Assembly (NCBI GenBank): GCA_964270895.1
Contig: OZ185435.1
Strand: one strand, 5' to 3'
Origin: Podarcis filfolensis
Taxonomy: Eukaryota
Length of the DNA stretch: 64,000 nt
The translations under genes were made by a program, and so were the position numbers. Shown piece by piece: positions 1-11,888 of the stretch; the first letter of the stretch is position 1; every line of letters begins with the position of its first letter. The notes beneath the pieces were generated by a model. The model was given only the letters and a program-made list of their open reading frames with translations. It was not told where the DNA came from and searched no databases.

Positions 1-214
1 GGATATTTTCAATGGTTATTGTAGACCCAAAGTATAGACAGCAATACAATTATTCGATGCTATTACAGAGCACCAGTTAATATTTTATTCTAATGCATGA
101 CAAGGAGTCAAGTTCAAGAGTATATAAAAGTCAGCTGTTTGCCTAAAAACAAATAGCAATCTTCTCAGTTACCTAGCTATGTATTTTTTAAAACGAAACA
201 TATAATGATCTTAC

Positions 215-401
215 TTGAATGTCGTATCTTTAACTGGGATTTTATTGCAACGGACCCATTTATCTTGATCAGGGTCCAACCGTTCAACCCAATAACCAGT
301 GATAGGGCTGCCACCATCTTCATCTGGTTCTACCCAAGTCAAGGTTACAGAATCTTTAGTGATCTCAACAGGCTGAACTCGTGTCGGAGGACCTGGCGGA
401 T
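215..401 (-). CDS. TTN: Titin Fn3 exon (first half, ~I114)
   Basis: cag|ATCCG...TTCAA|gtaag; DPPGPPTRVQPVEITKDSVTLTW; 187 nt, phase 1-2. Confidence 0.95.
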
Positions 402-502
402 CTGTACAAAGAAGTAGAAAGGGGAACATTGACATACTTGCAATTCCTTGTGTGCAAATGTAATAGGAAGCACCTGTAGCAATAAATGCCATTTCATCAA
501 AT

Positions 503-912
503 TAATAATAATAATTTATTATTTATACCCCGCCCATCTGGCTCGGCTTCCCTAGCCACTCTGGGCAGCTTCCAAAAAAATATTAAAATACTGCAATACA
601 CCAAACACTAAAAGCTTCCCTAAACAGGGCTGCCTTCAGATGTCTTCTAAAAGTCTGGTAGTTGTTGTTCTCTTTGACATCTGGTGGGAGGGCGTTCCAC
701 AGGGTGGGCGCCACTACCGAAAAGGCCCTCTGCCTGGTTCCCTGTAACTTGGCTTCTCGCAGTGAGGGAACCGCCAGAAGGCCCTTGGTGCTGGACCTCA
801 GTGTCCGGGTAGAATGATGGGGGTGGAGATGCTCCTTCAGATATACTGGACTGAGGCCGTTTAGGGCTTTAAAGGTCAGCACCAACACTTTGAATTGTGC
901 TCAGAAACGTAC
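503..912 (-). mobile_element. L2-clade LINE 3' fragment
   Basis: ORF 583-888 LVLTFKALNGLSPVYL..RAFSVVAPTLWNALP..FRRHLKAALF is a typical L2/Jockey-group ORF2 C-terminus, followed by a 3'UTR and an (ATT)n-type tail. Confidence 0.8.
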
Positions 913-1130
913 AGTTGCCATGTAGAGGCTGCTTGAAACTGTCTCTTTGTGGCTGCTGCCGGTTCCACATGACAAGCAGTTTATGTGTACCAGCTTGCCA
1001 TAAATACTGACCCTTACCCACAGGCTTATCTCCATGTCACCAATGATAGTGTGGAGACAAACATTATGGTGGGGACTGACCCACATGGAGAAGTGGTACC
1101 TATCAATGCCATGCCATGTGGAGTGGCTAC

Positions 1131-1298
1131 CAGTGGCATAGCGTGGGGGGTGCAGGGGGGCCGGCCGCACTGGGCGCAACATCTGGGGGTTAGGGTTAGG
1201 GGCGCAAATCCACGGGTTTGGGGGGTGCAAATCCACAGGTTAGGGCGCGCAAATTACTTGCCTTGCCCCGGGTGCTGACAACCCACGCTACGCCACTG
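1131..1298. mobile_element. hAT-type MITE
   Basis: 17-bp TIR CAGTGGC(A/G)TAGCGTGGG; perfect 8-bp TSD GTGGCTAC at 1123-1130 and 1299-1306. Confidence 0.92.
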
Positions 1299-1384
1299 GT
1301 GGCTACCACATTATAGTTCCTAGCAGGCTCCCTTGGCAGCCATTTTGTGAGAAGCAGCCCTTTCTGTCAAGCGAATAGACTTAC

Positions 1385-1681
1385 CAAATGGATATTTAGC
1401 AACAATAGGAACGGACTGGGCTGGTTCTCCAACTCCGTACATGTTTTCTGCGCTGACTCTGAAGATGTACTCCTTAAGTGGTGTTAGGTTTGTTACTTTG
1501 AATTTTGTTTCTTTGATAGTGGATGATAGTTTGTGCCACACTTCACTGTCTGCAGCTCTTTGTTCCAGAACGTAGTTTGTGATTCTGGAGCCGCCATCGT
1601 CTCTAGGAGGATTCCAAGTCAAAGCACAAGATACGTTTGTAATGTCAGAGATATCAAATGCAGCTGGTGGGCCAGGCTTAT
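1385..1681 (-). CDS. TTN: Titin Fn3 exon (~I113)
   Basis: DKPGPPAAFDISDIT...VAKYPF; 297 nt, AG/GT. Confidence 0.96.
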
Positions 1682-1772
1682 CTGTGGAAGCATAACAGTA
1701 GTTTGAACCTCTTCTATTCAAATATTTTGTTAGGAAAACATTGAAAGTTATTTCTATGGAAACAAAACATAC

Positions 1773-2060
1773 CTAGGACATTAACTTCAACTGTAGCTGT
1801 TGCCCGACCGCTGGCATTTACGGCTTCAATAATATAGGTGCCGCTATCACTTCTCTTGCTCTCTGTTATTATGACTGTGGAATGGTTAGGTTTGGATTCA
1901 ATGGTTATTCTTTTATCGGGTCTCAGGGTCTGTTCAGCTTTTGTCCAGCTAATCCGTGGCTCGGGCTTTCCATTTACCCTTGCCGGCAGCTCTATCTTAG
2001 TTCCAGCTTTGACAGTGATTCCAGCAAGCAGTTTCACATCTAGGAAAATCTCAGGGGCCT
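1773..2060 (-). CDS. TTN: Titin Ig exon (~I112)
   Basis: EAPEIFLDVKLLAG...VEVNVL; 288 nt. Confidence 0.96.
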
Positions 2061-2193
2061 CTGATTTGAGAGAAGAATCGACATATTGTTAAAAAAGAAC
2101 ACGCAACTGTGCACAGAAGCGTTAACAGCAGAAACACATTCACCAGTGTTTTCAAGAGTATAGATTAAGTATGAGTGGGAAATCAAAAATTAC

Positions 2194-2315
2194 CCATTGC
2201 ATCCACAGCCTGGATTTCATCTGTTGGCTTGCTTGGTTTACTTGCCCCTTGCCTGTTCAGAGCCTTCACGCGATAAGCATACCATTCTCCTTCCTTAAGT
2301 TTTGTCACTTCCATT
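2194..2315 (-). CDS. TTN: Titin Fn3 exon (second half, ~I111)
   Basis: MEVTKLKEGEWYAYRVKALNRQG; 122 nt, phase 2-1. Confidence 0.94.
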
Positions 2316-2407
2316 CTGTTAATCAGAAAACAAGTTCAGCGTACTGCGTGTTTAAATGTAACCATCCAATTTTGTGAAACATTTTTCTTCATACTGCAAG
2401 CTCTTAC

Positions 2408-2585
2408 TTTGTCTCAATGACTGGCTCGCCACAGGGCTCCCATTTGTCAGTGCCACGCTGGCATTTTTCAACCAGGTAGCCTTTGATACGAGAACCGCCA
2501 TCATACTTAGGTGGATCCCATGTGAGGAAAATGGACTTAGATGTTGGATCCCTCCATTTCACATTCTCTGGTGGATCAGGCACCG
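2408..2585 (-). CDS. TTN: Titin Fn3 exon (first half, ~I111)
   Basis: VPDPPENVKWRDPTSKSIFLTWDPP; 178 nt, phase 1-2. Confidence 0.94.
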
Positions 2586-2799
2586 CTGCAAGGAGTGGGG
2601 AGGAAAAAACATGTATAATTGTCTTGCGTATAGTGTGTGCCTTATAGTGTGTCTTAGCTTTTTTAATTCTTTACTGTCTCTGGGGTGCTCTTCTCACATT
2701 GGCTGGTATCCAACAAGTACCCTGCACAACAGGAAAGACCCATTTGTGCAAGGTGGCTCCCTGATTTCTGTCAATTGAGGGTCCACTAATACTAAGCAA

Positions 2800-3155
2800 G
2801 GGACGCGGGTGGCACTGTGGGTTAAACCACAGAGCCTAGGACTTGCCGATCAGAAGGTCGGCGGTTCGAATCCCCGCGACGGGGTGAGCTCCCGTTGCTC
2901 AGTCCCTGCTCCTGCCAACCTAGCAGTTCGAAAGCATGTCAAAGTGCAAGTAGATAAATAGGTACCACTCCGGCGGGAAGGTAAACGGCGTTTCCGTGTG
3001 CTTCTCTGGTTCGCCAGAAGCGGCTTAGTCATGCTGGCCACATGACCCGGAAGCTGTATGCCAGCTCCCTCGGCCAATAAAGCGAGATGAGCGCCGCAAC
3101 CCCAGAGTCAGTCACGACTGGACCTAATGATCAGGGGTCCCTTTACTTTTTATTT
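2800..3155 (+). mobile_element. Sauria SINE, full length
   Basis: GGGACGCGGGTGGC..GGTTCGAATCC tRNA-like head, Sauria body, CCCTTTAC-type tail; flanking direct repeat TAATACTAAG (2787-2796, 3156-3165). Confidence 0.92.
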
Positions 3156-3423
3156 TAATACTAAGTAGCAGCTCTTCAGTGGGTACTGAGGGCTGCAGTG
3201 CAGAAGAGGGTGTGTGTGGATTTTTTTTTTGCACATAGTTCCAATTATGCATCTTTGGATCCAAGCCTCAGTTTTTCTAATATAACAGGTAAGTCATACC
3301 AAACCCTTATTGATTCAAACTCTGCTCCTTGCTTTCTTTCAATACTTATGTTGCATAGCACAAGTTACTATGTAAAATGCAGATATACAAAATCAATAGG
3401 AATAGTTAATTAAGAAAACTCAC

Positions 3424-3571
3424 TAGCAGGTGCCGACATGTTGACAGGCTCATCAATGTAAGCAGGCTCTCCTGGTCCACATTTGTTACATGCTGAGACC
3501 CTGAACAAATATTCTTTTCCTTGAACCAGATCTGGTACAGTGAACTCTTGGTCAAGGACGTTGTCGATCAC
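3424..3571 (-). CDS. TTN: Titin Fn3 exon (second half, ~I110)
   Basis: VIDNVLDQEFTVPDLVQGKEYLFRV; 148 nt, phase 0-1. Confidence 0.94.
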
Positions 3572-3702
3572 CTAAAAACAAGAGAGGTTCCAAGTAATTA
3601 CAGACCCCTTTTTCCCATAGCAAGCACCAGAATATTTCATACCATCTTCAGCAATACATATTAGAAATATAGGTGTTTTGGTTTTTTAAAGAAACTGTGT
3701 AC

Positions 3703-3854
3703 CTTGACCCATGTTTTGCGGCTCACTTCACGCTTTTCAATAAGATAGCCAGTCAATGGGCTTCCTCCATCATCTTCAGGAGCTTCCCAATTTAATTGGA
3801 CTGAGTTCCTAGTTATCTCTCCAATTTGTAGTTCTCTTGGTGCGCTTGGGCGAG
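3703..3854 (-). CDS. TTN: Titin Fn3 exon (first half, ~I110)
   Basis: ARPSAPRELQIGEITRNSVQLNWEAP; 152 nt, phase 1-0. Confidence 0.94.
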
Positions 3855-4187
3855 CTAAAAATAAATACCCATCATATTATAAACCAATTATTATATATAT
3901 ATATATTACTTATTCTTTCTTTGATGGAAGACTTTGGCTGTTTGGTTACACCTACTAGATTTTAATTCATGCTTAATTTTTTTAAAAAAGAAAGAAGGAT
4001 TCTTACTTCTGAGTAAGCATTCTTAGGACAGACTGTTAACTGTTAATAGCTAAGTTTATGATCTCCGTTGTATTATAGGGTTTCATAACAAAATGGTACA
4101 ATAGAAGTTGCCAACCTAGGCTCTCTTGGGAGGAAAAGCAGCACATAAATTTAATAAATAAACATGCTGCTGTTGTTTAGTACTATT

Positions 4188-4348
4188 CAGGGGTGCCAAC
4201 TTGAATAAAATATTGGGGAGGCCCAGATAAGCCCTACCCCACACAATCGAACACACGTCCATCAACTTTGGGAAGGACCATCCCCCTCAGATTTTTTTTT
4301 TTTTGGGGGGGGTGAAGAGACCTTGGGCCCTAGGAGCTGGCCCCTATG
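4188..4348. mobile_element. Degenerate hAT-type MITE
   Basis: Imperfect TIRs (caggggtgccaact / agctggcccctatg); 8-bp TSD GT(A/G)CTATT, 7/8 match. Confidence 0.6.
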
Positions 4349-4457
4349 GTGCTATTAATAACAAATTTGGCTTGTTGAAACTTTTGGATTTTACACACAT
4401 GGTTATTTACAAAACCGGTTATATACAATTCTTCAGAATATATACTGGATTGCTCAC

Positions 4458-4742
4458 CAATGACATTAACATTGATTTCTCCTGATACAGATGACACAGG
4501 GTTTTCTAATTTCAAGGTATAGATGCCTTTGTCTGGCCGTTCACTTGGGGTAATAACAAGCTCTGCAAAGGCTGCAGACGTGTCAATTTTCACCCGGTCA
4601 CCCTGTTCTAAAACTTTGTCGCCGACAGACCATGTGGCAGTTGGGACTGGATAGCCAGTAATAGGTACACGTATTTTGACGGGATCTGGAACAGTAACCT
4701 CCAGTCCATCTTTAAATCCGCTTAAGTCCATTGTAGGTCCAG
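4458..4742 (-). CDS. TTN: Titin Ig exon (~I109)
   Basis: GPTMDLSGFKDGLEV...EINVNVI; 285 nt. Confidence 0.96.
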
Positions 4743-5129
4743 CTGAAATACAAACACAAATTATGCCGATTAAAGTTATAAACTTTCTTTTTTTCTCCAC
4801 AACACCATTAAAGGGCAATTGCCTTTGGAATCTGTTTGAATGGAAAGCATTATTATAGATGCCTTCACGTGGCGTTCTATCTATTGAGAACACATCATAA
4901 AACTGTTTCATAATCTGATGAAATTAGCAATATAGAAAGGCGATATATAAGCTTGCTCCAATTTAAAGACACCTAAATGTTCAATTTAATACAATTTTTA
5001 AAAATTAAAAAATTCTGACTTGTTTAGCAATGCAGCCTTAGAGGACAAATTGTAAATGTAAAACAGTGCTACCTAGTGAATGTTAAGGGTTTCCCTCCAT
5101 TTTAGTATAGCTTAGATGAGGCCTAGAGA

Positions 5130-5246
5130 CCCTGTGGCCCTCTAGAAGTTGTTTGACTTCAACTCTAATAATCCCTGGCCTTTGGCCATACTGGCTGGAA
5201 CTGGGGTCCAACAACATCAAGAGGGCCACATGGTCTCCCCACTCCT
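5130..5246. mobile_element. Degenerate palindromic MITE (same family as 43414-43549)
   Basis: ctgtggccctctagaagttgttt...aacaacatcaagagggccacatg inverted arms; ends approximate. Confidence 0.6.
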
Positions 5247-5407
5247 GTTTTAGACTTTTACTGCAGAGAGGGGGGCTGGTTTTGGTATCCAATGTATGAG
5301 AGCAATATTAAAGTATTGTTTTTATGAACAAGCATGAATAGTCTCAGATGAGCACAACCTTTCCTTTCAAGCTGTTGACTATGGCAAGAAACTAGAATTC
5401 AACTTAC

Positions 5408-5522
5408 TATGAGGATCATCAGCAGTCAGTGGTCCAATAGCTTCAGCAGGATCTGACACACCAGCAGCATTTTCTGCAGATACTCTATAATAATACCTGG
5501 CTAGAGGTTTCAACCCAGTTAC
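5408..5522 (-). CDS. TTN: Titin Fn3 exon (second half, ~I108)
   Basis: VTGLKPLARYYYRVSAENAAG; 115 nt, phase 0-1. Confidence 0.94.
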
Positions 5523-5622
5523 CTATGAAGACAGAGGAAAATGTCATAATTAATAATCACTATTTTTTATTTTTTTAAAAAAACCTTAATAGGCATTTTA
5601 CTTCGGAAAAAGAATATGCTAC

Positions 5623-5810
5623 CTTATAATTAAGACTAGGCACAAGTTTTGCGTTGCAACGGATCCAGTTGTCTGTGTCCTCTTCGCGCCTTTCAATAAT
5701 GTAGCCCAGTACTGGGCTGCCTCCATCTTTCAAAGGAGGTTCCCATGTAAGTTTCACAGATGACATAGTTTGGTCAGAATGGTCGAGGTTAATGGGAGGA
5801 CTTGGTTTTT
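5623..5810 (-). CDS. TTN: Titin Fn3 exon (first half, ~I108)
   Basis: EKPSPPINLDHSDQT...LNYK; 188 nt, phase 1-0. Confidence 0.95.
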
Positions 5811-6012
5811 CTGCAAAACACAATGATTTGCACAATATAACAGATGGCCAGAATCAGAAGAACTATGCAACTAGTCCTACAAGTCTAGAAGGGCTACTCT
5901 TGAGTTCCTCATACAACAGTATCTTAAAGCCCATGCCAAACTGCTGTTTTGAAACTAGCAGGAATATCCAAAGTACATGTGATGTGACATAGGGGCATGT
6001 TGTGTATAGAAA

Positions 6013-6261
6013 CAATAGGCAGCAAACTTTTTCAGCTGGGGGCCGGCCCACTGTCCCTCAGACCTTGTGGGGGACGGACTATAGTTTGAAAAAAAATAAT
6101 GAACGAATTCCTATGCCCCACAAATAACCCAGAGATGCATTTTAAATAAAAGGGCACATTCTACTCATGTAAAAACATGCTGATTCCCGGACCGTCCGCG
6201 GGCCAGATTTAGAAGACGATTGGGCCAGATCCAACTCCTGGGCCTTAGTTTGCCTACCCAT
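6013..6261. mobile_element. Probable non-autonomous DNA transposon
   Basis: Degenerate TIRs (caataggcagcaaact / agtttgcctacccatg); no TSD found. Confidence 0.45.
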
Positions 6262-6614
6262 GCATTAGTGCATATGTACAAGCCTTAGAGTATGCCAAAA
6301 GTAGCTTGCTAGATTCTTGTCATAGTCTTCTACTAAATAGATGACAGTATTATTTCCATAAATCCTTCCTCATTGAACATCAACAGTGGTCCTTGCTTTA
6401 GAGCTTATGTGGAGCTTCTATTATTTTCATTTTCTGACACTGCTAATTTCTCAAAGCAACATATATAATGGTTTCTATGAAACTGAATAATAAACACTGG
6501 ACTTTTGTTTCAGATATATCAACTGATTCACTCAAGTCTTTCCTGTTTTCATATTTTATAAGCAAATGATATTATAACTATCTAGAAATATTTTCTTATC
6601 GCCTGCATACTAAC

Positions 6615-6917
6615 CAATTGGATCCATTATCTTCACCGCATGTGTAGAAGCACTAGGTTTGCCAATTCCAACCTGGTTTTGAGCTCTGACTCTGAAAAAG
6701 TATTCTTTGTTTTCCACCACATCAGTTAAGGTTCCAGCTAAGTCATGTGCTCCTGTGGTCATGGCTGGTTCCCACTTGATCGAAGCTCTGTCACGTAATT
6801 CAATGATATAGCCCGTAATCGGAGACCCTCCATCATAATCTGGGGGTTCCCAAGTAAGAGACGCACCAAATCTGTTCACATCAACAACTTGTACATTGAG
6901 AGGAGGTCCTGGGACAT
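6615..6917 (-). CDS. TTN: Titin Fn3 exon (~I107)
   Basis: DVPGPPLNVQVVDVNRFG...IMDPI; 303 nt. Confidence 0.96.
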
Positions 6918-7013
6918 CTGCAAGGTCATAAGAGATTTTTTTTTAAAAAAATGTTATTTTCCTATTCAACAGAACTTCAACAAATTCTAGTCTCCAAATA
7001 ACAATTTTCTTAC

Positions 7014-7316
7014 CAAATCTACTCTTGGCTTCCACAGGTTTGTCTGTTTCGACTGGCTCACCGGTGCCCACTCTGTTTTTCGCACTCACGCGGAAGAGAT
7101 ACTCCACGCCTCCCTTTTGAAGGCCAGTCACTGTGTATTCACAACTGTCAGCACGATCCGTTGCCAAAATCCAGGTCTTTCGTTTGACATCACGCCTTTC
7201 AACAACATACCCAGTGATTTTACTACCACCGTCACTTTCTGGTTCCTCCCAGGCAAGGCTAACTTCACCATCAAATGTCTCAGTTACTTCCAGGTTTCTA
7301 ACTGGGCCAGGGACAT
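7014..7316 (-). CDS. TTN: Titin Fn3 exon (~I106, first Fn3 of the I/A junction)
   Basis: DVPGPVRNLEVTETFDGEVSLAW...KSRF; 303 nt. Confidence 0.97.
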
Positions 7317-7504
7317 CTGGGAATAAAGCAAAAGTATGTTTACTTAAAAGAATTTGGGATTTGCTTTGGGTTTCATAAAACAATAACAACTTAGTGAGGT
7401 TCGTGGATGCATTTTCTTATTTCTCTCATCATTATATACCAATGCTTTCATTTTCTACATCAGAAAGAACAAGAACCCTTGGCCATAAGAAATGATGAGC
7501 TTAC

Positions 7505-7774
7505 CAATAACTTGAACATTGATGTGTGCTTCAGCTTGGCCATGCTTATTTTTAAGGATGATTTTGTAACTCCCTCTGTCAGTCGTCTTTGCTTCGTGAA
7601 TTCTGAAGGTGGTACTCTCAGGTGTTGTATCAACAGTAAGAGTGGGCAAGGCTTCTTCTCCCTTCAGCCACTCAGCTTCTGCTCGTGGGTAGGCATCATA
7701 TGGAACCACCATAGTCAATGGCTGCCCAACATCTACCACAAGGTTCTGATCAGCTATCTTTATTCTTGGAGCAG
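7505..7774 (-). CDS. TTN: Titin Ig exon (~I105)
   Basis: AAPRIKIADQNLVVDVG...NVQVI; 270 nt. Confidence 0.96.
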
Positions 7775-8222
7775 CTAGTAAAAAAAAAAAACCCAATGAA
7801 ATACGTTACAGAAAATCTGAAACAGAAAACAACAGCGCAGTGAGCTGTTTTGTGATTTTTAAGCAACTTTGGTGCGAAGGGAGAACCAAAATCATAACCA
7901 TTAGTAATGTTGTATAGAAACCATCTTGTCCCATTCTGGTCAGTGGGGGCACTATTGTTGCCTCCAACATACAAAGATAATTAATCTGTGCTGGGTCATT
8001 TTGACTCCTAAATGCACAGAAGCTACATTAGAAAGCTGCATAATAAAGGCTACAGAAACATGTGAGAATCATCCAACGTGATTGTAGGTTCTCATTTACA
8101 GAGCTTTTTTATTACCACTAGTAGTGTGTTAATCACTGAAATTAACACCCAGAAAAAGTATTTAAAATGTTGCATTACTCATATAAATATTATTTTATTG
8201 TTAAAAAATTTCAGAGGCTTAC

Positions 8223-8489
8223 CTGCCAGTTCTAGCTTAGCTCGAGCTTCTTTATCTTTGGCAATAAATCTATATTCTCCTTGATCGCGAGGCCTAATCT
8301 CACAGACTTGCAGCCTATGGACTTTTCCTTCACTCATCATTTGGTGTTTATCTCCCTGGACTATTATCATGTTATTTCTCAACCATTTGACTTCCACCTT
8401 ATCTTTATTCAGTTCAGCAAAGAAAAGGACATCAGAGCCAGGGGCTTCATAAATATCTTGCGGTGGTCGGATAATCTCCACAGGAATTT
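8223..8489 (-). CDS. TTN: Titin Ig exon (~I104)
   Basis: EIPVEIIRPPQD...KLELA; 267 nt. Confidence 0.96.
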
Positions 8490-8594
8490 CTGGTCAAAAT
8501 AAGAATAAAATTTAGATTGCGTTGACATACTTTTTTTTTTTTTTTTACAAAAAAATATTGAAAGGTGAAAGATAAATAGAAATTGTAAACATAC

Positions 8595-8719
8595 CCTCCA
8601 CAAAAAGTCTTGCTCTGGATCTCCTGTCATCCACACCACAGGAATACTCGCATTCATCCTCTGGCCTGCAGTCTTTTATGATTAACCTGTGTAAACTTCC
8701 ATCCTTTTCAAACTGATAC
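8595..8719 (-). CDS. TTN: Titin Ig exon (second half, ~I103)
   Basis: YQFEKDGSLHRLIIKDCRPEDECEYSCG; 125 nt, phase 2-1. Confidence 0.94.
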
Positions 8720-8824
8720 CTTTATTGCAGACAGAAAAAAAAGGATTATGTGTTAAATTCAGAGGCAAGAATCCCGACAGCAACCATAGTATACCACCAA
8801 CCAGTTAAAAGCACCACCACCTAC

Positions 8825-9233
8825 TTTTTGCCCTCTTTAATTTCTCGTCCGTTTCTGTACCACTTCACCATTGCTTTCTCTTTGGAAAGCTGGCAACTGA
8901 AGACTGCATCATCAAATTCAGTGACTGTCTGGTCCTGCAAGTGCTCAATGAAATCTGCAGGTGCCTCCGTGATAATAAGCTCTGCAGCCGACTTGTCTTG
9001 GCCAGCAGTAACAACGTACTCCCCTTCATCTATAAATCCACAGTTTTTAATGATAAGCGAATGCTTGTATTTATCCACTTTGTACAAAATGCGGCGGTCG
9101 AAGGTGACTTCTTCACCATTCTTTGTCCACTGGAGGGTTACGTTGAGGCGGTTAACCTTACACCAGAACGTGACAGACTTCTTCTCCATGGTTTCGATGT
9201 CTTGAAGAGGCTCAATAATTCTGAGGTCTTCCT
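8825..9233 (-). CDS. TTN: Titin Ig exon (~I102 plus first half of I103)
   Basis: EEDLRIIEPLQDIETMEKKSVTFWC...EIKEGK; 409 nt, phase 1-2. Confidence 0.96.
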
Positions 9234-9727
9234 CTGTTTAAGAGAGGAGTGGTTTGAAAAGTGTTGTTAATTTACATCCTCATCCAAACAGTAATTTGAC
9301 GAAAGTGAAAGCCACTTAGAATAAGAAAACACCAGGACTTTTTTCCAGCCAGAACTCAGTTCCAGAACCTCTCTCTCCCCCACCATCCCTTCCATGGGTC
9401 CTATTGTTATCCTTTTCAACTGCATATTATCTCATTGTCCATATTTTATCCATAATATTTGCTACCTTACAAGTGTTATTGCTGTCGTGCTAATGTTTTC
9501 ATCTGCTTACAGTGGTCTCCTAAATAAATTATAATTCCCCCCCTTCTTTATTTAAGTTTTGGTCTTCTTGGTTCCTGAGCTTTCCGGTCAGTTTTGCCAT
9601 TGCGGCATTGCCCAACATCTTAGTCTGCCATTCCTCTCTGGAATGGCACACCTCTCAAGTGGGCACCAAACAAGGGAGGCATTCATGGAAACTTTTTCTA
9701 GAATAACAGCCCTGGGAAAACACTTAC

Positions 9728-10006
9728 CAAGCACAGTCAAAGTAGCAGAGCTCTTTACTTGTTCTCCTCTCTTGTTTGCCAGGACTATGTTGTAGGTTGC
9801 TTGGTCATTCAAATGGGCGTCTCTAATTCTTAGAGTGTAAACTAAATCCTTATGGACCATGATGTATTTTGCGCTGTCGAATATTGCTTCTTCATCTTTG
9901 TACCACTTCGCCTTGGCACCTTCTGTATTAACCTCACAGTTAAATACAAGTTCTTCTCCCTCTCTTACTTGTTGGTCCTTCAGTGGGATGACAATTCTGA
10001 GTTTTT
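9728..10006 (-). CDS. TTN: Titin Ig exon (~I101)
   Basis: EKLRIVIPLKD...ATLTVL; 279 nt. Confidence 0.96.
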
Positions 10007-10109
10007 CTGCAATTTGAATTTGCATATTATTATTATTATGCGAATTACATCCTCACAAAGGAAATAAAAGCATGCCCACAAATGTATGAGAAAGCCCCAT
10101 AAAGCTTAC

Positions 10110-10376
10110 CGATCACTGTCAAGCGGGCTGTTGCTTTGGCTGCACCGACCATGACAGAATAAGTTCCATCGTCATCCAGAACAGACTCTTTAATGACCAG
10201 GACTCTCTTTTTGCCGTCGGAAATTATGTCATACTTATCATTGGCTTCAAGAACAGTATCATCCCTTATCCACTGTACGTCAAAGGCTTCTTTGGATACT
10301 GAGCAGACAAATTCTGCTTTTTCTCCTTCAAGTACTTCAATGTTCTGTGGCCTGGTTATAAATTCTGCTGCAAGTT
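10110..10376 (-). CDS. TTN: Titin Ig exon (~I100)
   Basis: ELAAEFITRPQNIEVLEGEKAEF...RLTVI; 267 nt. Confidence 0.95.
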
Positions 10377-10840
10377 CTGAAAAAGACGTTGGGCATATTG
10401 TTTTTTAGTTTTTGATATGGGGATAAGTAGACCACCCCCCCATCTAATTGATAACCGAAAATATTTTCAGTCAGCAAAAGATGTCTCAGACTGACTTGAC
10501 ATTGCCATGTCCTAGCATAGAGGACACAACCGTGCATATTCGGTCAATAATAAATGGGTTAAAAACCCTACTCAGCGGCACACATGTCACTAGGGCTGGG
10601 TGATATGTGGTTTTCAACATTGTGATGTATCACCAGTTAAATACCACAATATGCTGATATATCGCAATATCTGAAATAAGGAGGGAGGAGTAAATAAGAT
10701 GAAGAAGCAGCTGAGATGCATCGTCCAGCCCTACAATTGAGCAAGCTCTCATTCTGCTCCAGCTCATGCTGGAGGTGTGGATGTGGGGTGAGCTTCCTTA
10801 AACTGCTCAGCTGAGGCGCACATGCGCACACAAACACACA

Positions 10841-10883
10841 GAAGGAAGGAAGGAAGGAAGGAAGGAAGGAAGGAAGGAAGGAA
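10841..10883. repeat. (GGAA)n microsatellite
   Basis: Direct reading. Confidence 0.95.
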
Positions 10884-10949
10884 AGAGCACCTGTTCATTC
10901 ACCTCAAGGAGACACAGAAGCACCGGCTGACTTTCTGGTTTTTCAAATA

Positions 10950-11168
10950 CAGTCGTACCTTGGTTTCCGAACAGCTTATTCTAAAACGTTCTGGCTTCCG
11001 AACGCCGCAAACCCAGAAGTGAGTGTTCCAGTTTGCAAACTATTTTTGGAAGTTGAACGTCCGCCGGGGCTTCCGCAGCCAATCAGAAGCCACACTTTGG
11101 TTTCCAAACGTTTTGGAAGTCAAACGGACTTCCCGAACGGATTCCGTTTGACTTCCAAGGTACGACTG
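10950..11168. mobile_element. Tc1/mariner (Tigger-like) MITE
   Basis: Perfect 14-bp TIR CAGTCGTACCTTGG with TA on both sides. Confidence 0.92.
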
Positions 11169-11352
11169 TATTGTGAATTTTTGCATAGCACACACACACA
11201 CACAAAGTTGTGATATATTGCTGGGTCATTTATTTTGAAATGGTTACCACGATGTGGTCTAGAAACCGGTTTGGGGCGATATATCAATATAGCACCCAGC
11301 CTTACAGGTCACCTGGCAACACCTGTGAAAAATACCAAAGTAGTTTTCTTAC

Positions 11353-11619
11353 CATGAACTTTCAGCTTGCCGGTTGTCTGACTGCTAGGAAGTTTGCAGG
11401 TGTATGCTGCTGCATCGTCAAGACTAGCATTGTGGATGACCAAAATTCTCTTCCGGCCATCAGCAATCTGTTCATATCTACCACCTTCAGGCAACTCCTC
11501 ATCACCTTTGAACCAAGTTACTTCTGCATCAGGCTTGGAAACTTCACAAATCAATTTGACAGTGTCTGTTTCACTTGCTTCCACATTGGGAAGTTTTTTG
11601 GTAAAGACAGCTTCCTCTT
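11353..11619 (-). CDS. TTN: Titin Ig exon (~I99)
   Basis: EEEAVFTKKLPNVEASETDTVKL...KLKVH; 267 nt. Confidence 0.96.
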
Positions 11620-11719
11620 CTGTAAAAAGAAAAAAGAAGAAAATAGTTGTATTTGATCACAACAGTGACCAAGCCATTGCTCTTTCATGTAAATGCAACA
11701 AACTTGATTTTAGCTTTAC

Positions 11720-11888
11720 CTATCACTGTCAGCATGCCAGAGGTTCTGGCTCCTTTTGCTTCACATGCGTATTCTGCCTCATCATCAAGCAGACATTTGT
11801 TGATAACAAGTATTCTCTGGGCACCTTTAGCAATGATGTCAAACTTCTTGCCTTTTCTGATTTCAACACCATCCCTAAACCACCGTGC
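11720..11888 (-). CDS. TTN: Titin Ig exon (second part, ~I98)
   Basis: ARWFRDGVEIRKGKKFDII...MLTVI; 169 nt, phase 0-1. Confidence 0.94.

Larger units (their letters stand above)
10591..11304. mobile_element. hAT-type MITE hosting a nested Tigger-like MITE
   Basis: TIR TA(G/A)GGCTGGGTG; TSD CA(T/G)GTCAC at 10583-10590 and 11305-11312 (7/8). Confidence 0.8.

Noticed and set aside
583-888. 101-aa ORF as a nested gene
   Set aside because: It is the C-terminal end of an L2 LINE ORF2.
3855-3864. Perfect MEF2 consensus CTAAAAATAA
   Set aside because: It is simply the TTATTTTTAG acceptor tract of the 3703-3854 exon, with no supporting motifs.
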